Positions 55,830 to 64,000 of a stretch of DNA of 64,000 bases are shown in pieces. Within the stretch, counting starts at the first letter, position 1, and each line of letters opens with the position of its first letter. The position numbers and the translations under genes were made by a program. The stretch comes from an uncultured Dorea sp. (lineage in GTDB: Bacteria; Bacillota; Clostridia; Lachnospirales; Lachnospiraceae), in contig CAJUAM010000002.1 in the NCBI GenBank assembly GCA_910584615.1, forward strand, positions 29,370-93,369. The letters run 5' to 3'. The notes beneath the pieces are model-generated. The model did not search any database and was not told the origin of the DNA. It saw only the letters and a program-made list of their open reading frames with translations.

Positions 55830-56894
55830 TCACATATAATATGCTTTGTACCATTCAGCAAACTTTCTAAGACCATCTCTCAGACTTGTACCAGGCTTAA
55901 ATCCAAAATCAGCTTCTAATGCGCTAGTATCCGCATAAGTTATGGGAACATCACCAAGCTGCATCGGCACGAGCTTTTTGTGCGATTCAAAATCATAATC
56001 CTCTGGCAGCACTCCTGCACGTATCAGCTCCTGCTGGAGTATATCCACAAAGTCCAGTAAATTTTCCGGATTGCTGTTACCAATATTATAAACCTTGTAC
56101 GGCGGCAGCGGCAGACCATCTTCGCCCATCACCTTATCCGGTGCCTTTTGCATAACGCGCATAATGCCTTCAATAATATCATCTACATAAGTGAAATCGC
56201 GCTTACAGTCGCCGTAGTTAAAAATCTCTATATCCTTACCTTCACGAAATTTGTCCGTAAATCCAAAATATGCCATATCCGGACGTCCTGCCGGTCCATA
56301 TACGGTAAAAAACCGCAGACCCGTGGAAGGAATATTATAAAGTTTAGAATAAGCATGTGTCAACAACTCGTCACTTTTTTTAGTGGCCGCGTAAAGTGAT
56401 ACAGGATTGTCCACTTTGTCATCCGTACTGTACGGAACTTTCTTGTTAGCTCCATACACACTTGACGAACTTGCATACACCAGATGTTCCACACCCGTTT
56501 CTCCATTATCATAAGAATGCCGGCAGGCTTCAAGTATATTATAAAACCCAATCAGATTCGATTCTATATAGGCATCCGGATTCGTAATAGAATATCTGAC
56601 ACCCGCCTGAGCCGCGAGATTGACCACTATCTGCGGTTTATACTTTTCAAATAGCCCCGCGACCATTACTTTATCAGCGATACTCCCCTTGACAAAAACA
56701 AACGAAGAATTCTCAAGTAATTCTTTCAGCCTCGTCTCCTTCAGCCTCACATCATAATAGTCATTCATATTATCAATTCCAATAACTGTTACATCTTCTA
56801 TTTCTGCGCAAAGACGTCTAATAAGATTGGCCCCTATAAATCCGGCTGCACCAGTTATCAATATTGTTTTCCCCTTTAAGTCAACACAGCTCAT
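55830..56894 (-). CDS. UDP-glucuronate 4-epimerase-like SDR
   Basis: [37 protein letters not shown]. Confidence 0.9.
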   Translation of the reverse strand: MSCVDLKGKTILITGAAGFIGANLIRRLCAEIEDVTVIGIDNMNDYYDVRLKETRLKELLENSSFVFVKGSIADKVMVAGLFEKYKPQIVVNLAAQAGVRYSITNPDAYIESNLIGFYNILEACRHSYDNGETGVEHLVYASSSSVYGANKKVPYSTDDKVDNPVSLYAATKKSDELLTHAYSKLYNIPSTGLRFFTVYGPAGRPDMAYFGFTDKFREGKDIEIFNYGDCKRDFTYVDDIIEGIMRVMQKAPDKVMGEDGLPLPPYKVYNIGNSNPENLLDFVDILQQELIRAGVLPEDYDFESHKKLVPMQLGDVPITYADTSALEADFGFKPGTSLRDGLRKFAEWYKAYYM

Positions 56895-56984
56895 TATCTT
56901 TGCTCCTTTTTATCGCAATATCTATGCTTACTTTCCAAATGACATACTCTTCTTCTCTGGCTTTTAAAATCCCCTTCCACACCC

Positions 56985-58301
56985 TTACAGTCTCCAGTAG
57001 CAATATCCCAAATCTTCGTATTCCTTGCGGTCAAGCAGACCTTTAATGTCCAAAAGCACCTTTTTTCCTTCACCGAATAACTGCTCCAGATCATCTTTTC
57101 TAAGCTGCACAAACTCTTCATGTGCCACTGCAAGAATCACTGCATCCATCCCTCTGATTTGATTCATTTCTTTAAACTCAATCCCATAAAGTCTTCTTGC
57201 CTCATCTGCATCTGCTTTCGGATCTGTTACAACAGATTCAATTCCATACTCCCTTAGCTCTTTTATAATATCAATAACTTTTGTATTTCTCGTATCAGGA
57301 CAATTCTCCTTGAAAGTAAAACCAAAGATTGCCACTTTCGCATTCTTCACGCTTTTATCAGATGCTATCAGTTTTTTGACGCAGCTTTCTGCCACATATT
57401 TACCCATATCATCATTGATCCGGCGTCCTGCAAGAATAATCTGACTATGATAACCAAGTCTCTCTGCCTTATAGGTAAGGTAGTACGGATCAACTCCAAT
57501 ACAATGTCCCCCCACAAGCCCCGGATAAAATTTCAGGAAATTCCATTTTGTTCCTGCTGCCTCCAGTACAGACTTAGTATCAATCCCCATTTTGTTGAAA
57601 ATAATGGACAACTCATTCATAAAAGCAATATTGATATCACGCTGTGAGTTCTCAATTACTTTTGCTGCCTCAGCAACCTTGATACTCTCTGCCCTATACA
57701 CTCCTGCTTCTATAACAAGTTCATATATTCTGGCCACACATTCTAATGTCTCTTCATCCATACCGGACACAATTTTCTTTATTGTTTCAAGTCTATGTAC
57801 CTTGTCACCAGGATTAATACGTTCCGGACTATAAGCAATCTTAAAATCCGTTCCGCATTTCAATCCACTTTCCCGCTCCAATATAGGAACACAGACTTCT
57901 TCTGTCACTCCCGGATATACCGTGGACTCAAACACGACAATACTCCCTCTGGTAAGATTCCTTCCCAAAATCTCAGCCGCGCCTTCCACCGGCGCTAGGA
58001 CTGGCATATGCTCTTTATTAACTGGAGTAGGGACTGCGACAATGTGGAATTGTGCTTTCTTCAGCTCTGTTTCATCTGATGTAAATTCAATAGCAGCATT
58101 ACTTATCGCATCGTTACCAACTTCATTTGTAGGATCAATACCTGATTTATACAGATCAATCTTTTCCTGTTTCAGATCGAACCCAATCACACTGCACTTT
58201 TTTGCAAATGCTACAGCAATCGGCATTCCGACATAACCAAGTCCAATCACTGATAATTTCTCACTTTTATTTACAATATCTTCATATAATCTTGTAAACA
58301 T
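56985..58301 (-). CDS. UDP-HexNAc 6-dehydrogenase (WbpO/TviB-like)
   Basis: [33 protein letters not shown]. Confidence 0.9.
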   Translation of the reverse strand: MFTRLYEDIVNKSEKLSVIGLGYVGMPIAVAFAKKCSVIGFDLKQEKIDLYKSGIDPTNEVGNDAISNAAIEFTSDETELKKAQFHIVAVPTPVNKEHMPVLAPVEGAAEILGRNLTRGSIVVFESTVYPGVTEEVCVPILERESGLKCGTDFKIAYSPERINPGDKVHRLETIKKIVSGMDEETLECVARIYELVIEAGVYRAESIKVAEAAKVIENSQRDINIAFMNELSIIFNKMGIDTKSVLEAAGTKWNFLKFYPGLVGGHCIGVDPYYLTYKAERLGYHSQIILAGRRINDDMGKYVAESCVKKLIASDKSVKNAKVAIFGFTFKENCPDTRNTKVIDIIKELREYGIESVVTDPKADADEARRLYGIEFKEMNQIRGMDAVILAVAHEEFVQLRKDDLEQLFGEGKKVLLDIKGLLDRKEYEDLGYCYWRL

Positions 58302-58374
58302 ATTTCCCTCCAAAATCTTGTCACTGTTCATCCAGTGAGCAGATATCACAAGCACATACTACTAAAACGGCTCC

Positions 58375-59649
58375 TTAAATCTCCTTCATCTTAAGCCTTT
58401 CAAAATAAAAGGAAGGCATATACTCATCATTAAAATATTCTATCGGATTTTTAATTCCCATCTCCAATAACTGCTTCTTAATCTCACGGTAATATATATT
58501 GCAGATAAAAATCCCACAGTCTTCCGGCAGTTGTTTTAAATTCTCCGGATCCTTCACCATAAGCCCGCAAAATTCGGTATCCCAAATAGACTTATCATTG
58601 TCGCAGGTATAGAGAGGCGGGTATTTTTCACCATAACATTTCATATAATTTCTGCACATATTGCCTGCGCCGAAAAGTACTCTTGCCGGATATTTTTTCA
58701 TTCTCTTCTCCATCTCAATCTGCCATTTTAAAAAATCTGCTGTTTTTTTAGACAGCCGCAGAATTTCAGGACGCAGAAGCCACGAAAAGGCAGCGACAGT
58801 ATCTTTGATGTTCATGATCAGCGCACCGTCAAATCCTGTCTTCCGCAACCCCCGGATCAGATTCATCCAGTCTGTCTGTGAACTTCCCTGATACACACTT
58901 GTAAAAGGGAGCATCGCGCTTTCCTGGTTCCCGTTGCAGTCCCTAAGGACCACAGCCTTAAGCCTGTCCCCAAGACCTATTACAAAATCATACATATTCT
59001 GGCCGCACAGACTGCATGCTCCAACATCCAGACAGAATCCAAAACGTTCTTCACCTGCCGCTTCATTCAGCCTGTCTACCCAATCTGCGGCTTCCTCAGG
59101 CAAAGCACAGATTCCCCGGACCAAATGTCCGTTCAAATCCTTACACTGATTCTCCAGCAGGATACATACATCCTGCTCTGCTGCCAATTCTGCCAGAGCA
59201 AGATAATAAGCTTTGTTGCACTCCCATTGTTTCGCAGATGGTATTCCGGCAAATAAAGGACGTATGACCAGATTCTTACACCCTGCCCGGGCACATACCT
59301 TGATACTCTCCTCTGCCAGCTCAAATAACAGTCCATTCAGATTCTCATGTTTTGTATTTCTTTCCAGATATGGAGCGTATGCTACGGGCAGATTCATTTC
59401 CTGAACCTTACACTGTTTTAACAGGCTTGTCATCGCTTCACCCATCTCTTTGGGATTACACAAAACTTTCAATCTTTCAGCCTGTCCGGCATCCATTTCT
59501 TTTTTCCCGGTTCTTTCCAAATCACCCGGTGTACAGCATAGCGACAGATCCAATAACATATCTTCAAATCCCGCCGCGGATATATTATGAATCCCTTTAT
59601 AGGGATTTTTTATACCCACGATACCTGACGGCACACATAATAAGTTCAA
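58375..59649 (-). CDS. Degenerate TIM-barrel isomerase fused to a Rossmann-like C-terminal domain
   Basis: ILLEN retained but LDVGAC and VLRDCNG replace the His ligands; C-terminal VLFGAG..CDND. Confidence 0.7.
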   Translation of the reverse strand: MNLLCVPSGIVGIKNPYKGIHNISAAGFEDMLLDLSLCCTPGDLERTGKKEMDAGQAERLKVLCNPKEMGEAMTSLLKQCKVQEMNLPVAYAPYLERNTKHENLNGLLFELAEESIKVCARAGCKNLVIRPLFAGIPSAKQWECNKAYYLALAELAAEQDVCILLENQCKDLNGHLVRGICALPEEAADWVDRLNEAAGEERFGFCLDVGACSLCGQNMYDFVIGLGDRLKAVVLRDCNGNQESAMLPFTSVYQGSSQTDWMNLIRGLRKTGFDGALIMNIKDTVAAFSWLLRPEILRLSKKTADFLKWQIEMEKRMKKYPARVLFGAGNMCRNYMKCYGEKYPPLYTCDNDKSIWDTEFCGLMVKDPENLKQLPEDCGIFICNIYYREIKKQLLEMGIKNPIEYFNDEYMPSFYFERLKMKEI

Positions 59650-59671
59650 TTTTTATCCTCCAAATCAACCG

Positions 59672-61984
59672 TTATCTTTTTTCTTTACTGATCATTTCTT
59701 TAATCTCTGTAGAGCTCGTGGTCTGTGTATATGGAAAAAATACCATATCAGAGCCATGCTGCCGCAAAAAAAGCTTTCTTGCAAGCCATACGGGATCATC
59801 TGCATAATCGCTGCCTGAAAACTGAACGTCAAAATGATACATATGCCATGCGCTTTCTGTACTTGAACTGTCAACAGGAATCTCAACAGCTTCATCTACA
59901 TATCTGCACGCCTGTACGATCGCAAGACGCTCATCAAAAGGTATATATGGACGTGTCTTTTTTTCTCTTACCACCTGTTCATCAGATACCACTCCGACAA
60001 TCAGGTAATCACACTGCTCCTTTGCCTTTCTGAATATATTCAGATGCCCGATATGAAACAAATCAAATACACCCGCCACATAACCGATATGGTATCTTTT
60101 TGGCGGCTCCTCCTTAGTCTGACAGACCTGTCTGAGCGGTCTGTCATATTCAAGCCGGGGATCGTATACCGAAAAATCTTTGATTTTCATTTTCTTTAGT
60201 TGCGATAAAACATCCTGAAAAAATTTAATACAGATAAATACTTTAAACGGTTCTTCTATCTCCTTCAAAATTGCAGGATCATAGATCTCTACTTCCGACA
60301 GCTTTTCTCCCCATCTGTTTTCATTATTATCAACGATTCCAGCAATGTTATAATACCTGCCAAACTGTTCGATAAACTTTTCAGAATATCTTCCGGAACC
60401 AAAAAGATATATTTTCTTATTTCCGATTCCTTTAAAAATATTGGTGAAAAGACGTTCATACTCTTCCTGGCTGTAATCCATTCTGTGTCTGTTGGAAACC
60501 ACAACTTGATAATCTCTTCTATGCAGCTTATGGTATCCTAAAAGCTCCTTTTCTTTTCTCAGCTTTTCTAAAAACGCATTCCCCTTTTTTCTCCAAAAAT
60601 ATTGGTGCTCAGAAAGCCCAAACATTTTTAACACTTTCTCTTTAGAATATATTTTCTCCAAATCCGGATGATCTCTGTATATAAAATCTATCGTTCTGAT
60701 AAAAACAGCATTTGCCGGAAAGTCTTCTAAAAAAAACTCCTGGTCAAAAAATATAAATCCCTCATCTGTATGAAAACAGTTGATGGATACCATATCAATA
60801 TAACCTCTCCTTAAAATCACACCGATATTTTTTTTCTCTTCTTCTGTTCCAAACGCACGTCTTTTCCACTGGTCAATATTGGGGTCGTCCTTTTTACGTT
60901 TTTCCCAGCCAGGTTCAAACTGCGTCCAGTTCACATCCTCATAAGGGACATGTTCTGATGAAGACAGTATGATCTTTTGGAACTTTTCAAGCTCCTGCAT
61001 AAATATCTCCTTGTCGCCTCGCAGTATTTCCCTGAAATACTCTGTAGCAATCTGTCCCTTGATGTATGGCATCACATAAGCATCTCCCTTACGCTCTCCA
61101 ACAACTATAGGAACCCCATGGCTATGCAGATACCCAGTATTTTCCAACAAAGCATTTACTTTTTTTATCCCTTCCGCATATAATGCCTTTCTGGACACAC
61201 ACTTTGGATACTCTATTACGGTAGCCAGCGCTTCTTCACGTCCCCGGTCTCCCTGTACTGTAACCTGGTCAATATCTGAAACATCTCCGTCAACAGTACA
61301 TTCGATCAAAAAGGCATTTGCCATTTGATGAAACATTCGATTTTCCATCAGCGCTTCATACAACCGCTCTTCCTCAAGATATATCGTCTCCGGATTTTCA
61401 TATTGGGGAAATATCCTGACATCAATGGTTTCATTTGGTGTATAATCCTCGGCTATTAAAATCTGAGGACGCACAAGCTCAGGCATGACCGCATAAAATC
61501 TAAATTTTCGAAATCCTGCATAAGAAAGCATTCTCTCATATTCAGATTTTGCGTATGCGCGTCCGCCGTTTATCTCTTTTCTTTTATCACTTACTTTTAT
61601 ATACCCGTCAATTCCATCAAGTACATGACCTGAAAACGAATCCTTATCACCGCAGAAATAACGGATCGCAAGACGATTCTCTGCTCCGATCAGGAGTTTT
61701 CCCGATCCTTTGAGCAGTCCCTTTAGTCTCATAAGCAGTTCTTCGGGCCTCTTGCTCCTCTCAATAATACCTGCCGCCACAATGTAGTCAAATCTACTGC
61801 TGACTGTATATAATTCTGCCGCATCAACCCGCACTGTTTCAGTTCCTTTTTCTTTCATCATATCAAAAAGCACTTCACACTCCGGTCTTCCACCCGAAAT
61901 GAAAAGTACCTTTGAATCTGTCTGAAAATCATACCAATTAATAAGAGCTTTGGGCAAATCCTTTATGATCTCATCTGAAGCCAT
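59672..61984 (-). CDS. Multidomain methyltransferase-like / kinase-like / cytidylyltransferase protein
   Basis: FDYIV..G...LKGSGKL..ENR; YIDM..IN..FFDQEF; IYLFGSG; GVFDLFHIGHLN...YTQTTSST. Confidence 0.75.
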   Translation of the reverse strand: MASDEIIKDLPKALINWYDFQTDSKVLFISGGRPECEVLFDMMKEKGTETVRVDAAELYTVSSRFDYIVAAGIIERSKRPEELLMRLKGLLKGSGKLLIGAENRLAIRYFCGDKDSFSGHVLDGIDGYIKVSDKRKEINGGRAYAKSEYERMLSYAGFRKFRFYAVMPELVRPQILIAEDYTPNETIDVRIFPQYENPETIYLEEERLYEALMENRMFHQMANAFLIECTVDGDVSDIDQVTVQGDRGREEALATVIEYPKCVSRKALYAEGIKKVNALLENTGYLHSHGVPIVVGERKGDAYVMPYIKGQIATEYFREILRGDKEIFMQELEKFQKIILSSSEHVPYEDVNWTQFEPGWEKRKKDDPNIDQWKRRAFGTEEEKKNIGVILRRGYIDMVSINCFHTDEGFIFFDQEFFLEDFPANAVFIRTIDFIYRDHPDLEKIYSKEKVLKMFGLSEHQYFWRKKGNAFLEKLRKEKELLGYHKLHRRDYQVVVSNRHRMDYSQEEYERLFTNIFKGIGNKKIYLFGSGRYSEKFIEQFGRYYNIAGIVDNNENRWGEKLSEVEIYDPAILKEIEEPFKVFICIKFFQDVLSQLKKMKIKDFSVYDPRLEYDRPLRQVCQTKEEPPKRYHIGYVAGVFDLFHIGHLNIFRKAKEQCDYLIVGVVSDEQVVREKKTRPYIPFDERLAIVQACRYVDEAVEIPVDSSSTESAWHMYHFDVQFSGSDYADDPVWLARKLFLRQHGSDMVFFPYTQTTSSTEIKEMISKEKR

Positions 61985-62011
61985 ATCAAAACCTCCATAT
62001 ATTTTCCCGTT

Positions 62012-62500
62012 TTATTTACCTAACCCATATAATATGTCTTTAAGTGATACTATCGGAAATGCCACCTTCTCCTTTAAATTATTTGATATTTCATCAAAAT
62101 AATAAACCGCTGTAACAATCATCACGTCCGCATCCGGCAAACGATCCTCCGGCGAATATGTTTCAATATCTGAATAAACAGCCGCAGTATTCTGATCAAC
62201 AGCATATTTTACTTCCACATCACAACCTTTAAGCTCTTCCAGCAAACATTTTCCCACATGACTCAATCCATAAACAGCAACCGACCTATAGCCGTTTTTT
62301 TCCAGATAATCTTTGATATGTCCGCCTTCCTGCTTTGTTCTCATCCATTTATTCATGAGCAGGAACAAGTCAAGATTTTTGTCCGTCAGCTCTCTTAAGT
62401 TATCAATCGCCTTGCCCGCAATCTTTTCCATTACCACTGCTCCGCCCACAGCCCCAATAGTCATTCCTAAAAAAGCCGGTAAAAATATGCATTTCCGCAT
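62012..62500 (-). CDS. Hypothetical protein with N-terminal hydrophobic segment and Rossmann-like motif
   Basis: VAVYGLSHVG...YAVDQN...DVMIVTA. Confidence 0.6.
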   Translation of the reverse strand: MRKCIFLPAFLGMTIGAVGGAVVMEKIAGKAIDNLRELTDKNLDLFLLMNKWMRTKQEGGHIKDYLEKNGYRSVAVYGLSHVGKCLLEELKGCDVEVKYAVDQNTAAVYSDIETYSPEDRLPDADVMIVTAVYYFDEISNNLKEKVAFPIVSLKDILYGLGK

Positions 62501-62543
62501 TATGTCGTCCTCCTGATTATCTCTTTAAATCCTTTACTTCCTC

Positions 62544-63158
62544 TTACAAGACCCGCCAATATTCAATATATCTTTTGGCTCCATGCGCGCATGGAATAGC
62601 TTTGCTTCGCTTAGCAAGCTTATACTTTCCGCCAAACAGATACTCTCCATCGTGAGAATAGACATACTCGGTACCTTCGTTTTCTGTAAACGTATCCAGT
62701 ACAAACAATTTCACACGATTCTTTGCTAATACAGCATCTATTTGATCTTTCAATCTGTCATGCGGAATCATATGGATAAAATTTAACATGATCAGACAAT
62801 TAATATCCCCACAGTCAACATCTTTAAATGACCCTTTGTGGAATTTGACTTTCGGATATAAAAGCGCTCCTGCCTTCAATGCTTCCATAGATATGTCATA
62901 ACCTGCTTTTTTGTATTTCCATTTTATGCTGCCAATAATTTCGCCCAAACCGCATCCCACTTCCACAAACGGCATAGATTTACTGAATCTGTTTTTACGG
63001 ATCAGTTTATTAAGAACCCAAATGGTCTCCAAACCATATGGCCTGTCATTGATCGGAGTGATATGCCATGATCCAAAGTTATAATACCGCTGCAGCACTT
63101 GATAAATTTTCTTTTTTATTATTCCTGCTTTCTTACTCTCAATCCACCATTGTTTCAT
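62544..63158 (-). CDS. Class I SAM-dependent methyltransferase
   Basis: VEVGCGLGE, GYDIS. Confidence 0.8.
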   Translation of the reverse strand: MKQWWIESKKAGIIKKKIYQVLQRYYNFGSWHITPINDRPYGLETIWVLNKLIRKNRFSKSMPFVEVGCGLGEIIGSIKWKYKKAGYDISMEALKAGALLYPKVKFHKGSFKDVDCGDINCLIMLNFIHMIPHDRLKDQIDAVLAKNRVKLFVLDTFTENEGTEYVYSHDGEYLFGGKYKLAKRSKAIPCAHGAKRYIEYWRVL

Positions 63159-64000
63159 ATCATATAATTCTCCTTATATATATCAAACATTTTTTCTATC
63201 CCTCTATTTATCCCGTACTGTCCATGCCAGCCAAGCCGTTCCAGCTTTGTCGAATCCAGCACCGCATATTCAATAGGTGTATGTTCTTTTTTCTCAATCT
63301 CGCCGGGATTCCTCATAACACAGTCTACTCCTGCTTTTTTCGCCAATATATCAGCAAATCCCGCGATCGTCACTCTTGAGTATTTATTGGCAATGTTATA
63401 TGCTTCCCCATCTGAGCCATTAAGCAAAACTGAAAAAATACCCGATACACAATCCGCCACATACGTGTAACTGCGCATCTGCGTCCCCAAGCTGTATAAG
63501 ATCAGATTTTTCCCCGCTGCCGCGTCTTTCAAAAACTGGACCGTCACACGATTATCATGTATTGAAGTACATGCCCCGTAAGTATGGCTCGGACGCGCTA
63601 AAACTACCGGAACATGATACTGGGTTTTAAAAGAAACACATAATGTTTCCGCACAGCGCTTCGCCATGGGATAACAGGAACGCACACTCATGCTGTCTAA
63701 GAATCCATTTTCTGTCTCTGTAAAGGCAGTTCTGCCTCCCGTGACTTCCCCGTATATCTCACCGCTTGATACATATAAAAATTTTTTCGGCTTATTTTCT
63801 CTGGCAAGCTGCAGTAATTGATATGTGCCGAACAATGCCGGTGTCATCGTTTCTACCGGATGATCTCTGAAGGCTGCCGGAAATCCATCCCCCGCCGCAT
63901 GTATGATATAATCGACCGCTATATCCAATCCCAATGGTTTTACTACATCCTGAACAACAAAGTGCAGCTTTTCCTTACCTGTATTTGAAGCAAAACGCTC
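63155..64000 (-). CDS. NAD-dependent epimerase/dehydratase (UDP-glucuronate decarboxylase-like SDR), 5' end beyond the window
   Basis: DYIIHAA, SSGEIYG, YPMAK, RSYTYVAD; the frame stays open to base 64000. Confidence 0.85.
   Translation of the reverse strand, partial: ERFASNTGKEKLHFVVQDVVKPLGLDIAVDYIIHAAGDGFPAAFRDHPVETMTPALFGTYQLLQLARENKPKKFLYVSSGEIYGEVTGGRTAFTETENGFLDSMSVRSCYPMAKRCAETLCVSFKTQYHVPVVLARPSHTYGACTSIHDNRVTVQFLKDAAAGKNLILYSLGTQMRSYTYVADCVSGIFSVLLNGSDGEAYNIANKYSRVTIAGFADILAKKAGVDCVMRNPGEIEKKEHTPIEYAVLDSTKLERLGWHGQYGINRGIEKMFDIYKENYMI

Noticed and set aside
56894..57133. 79-aa minus-strand ORF between the dehydrogenase and epimerase genes
   Set aside because: Mostly overlaps the dehydrogenase in another frame; no RBS or motif recognised

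Overview
Chromosomal window from a low-GC Gram-positive anaerobe. Gene content looks Clostridia/Lachnospiraceae-like (inferred, not classified). 1-5.0 kb holds housekeeping and accessory genes: a DUF5685-like fragment, a J-domain/TPR protein, tRNA-Cys, a PucR-family regulator, a UDG-family glycosylase, a DUF4474-like protein and a metallophosphoesterase. 5.0-51.3 kb is one contiguous flagellar and chemotaxis locus with a non-canonical layout: flgC is displaced from flgB; fliL, flhF, flhG, flagellin and MCP genes are absent from the window; the stator has a Na+-type signature; FlgK is a giant protein with internal duplications; four sigma28-type promoters are visible. The best candidate for an undescribed system is a sigma28-preceded unit cheV / degenerate EAL-HDOD / orphan ParA / ComFB-domain partner, which looks like a c-di-GMP-responsive positioning module that may replace FlhF/FlhG. 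Also notable are structured RNA elements bracketing flgE next to a TIGR02530-type gene, and an orphan FtsE-like ATPase. 51.3-64 kb is a convergent nucleotide-sugar and glycan-modification cluster (possibly flagellin glycosylation) with unusual multidomain enzymes, including a CBS/SGNH-like/CitC-like gene split by a G8 tract. All calls come from motif recognition by eye; no database searches were run.
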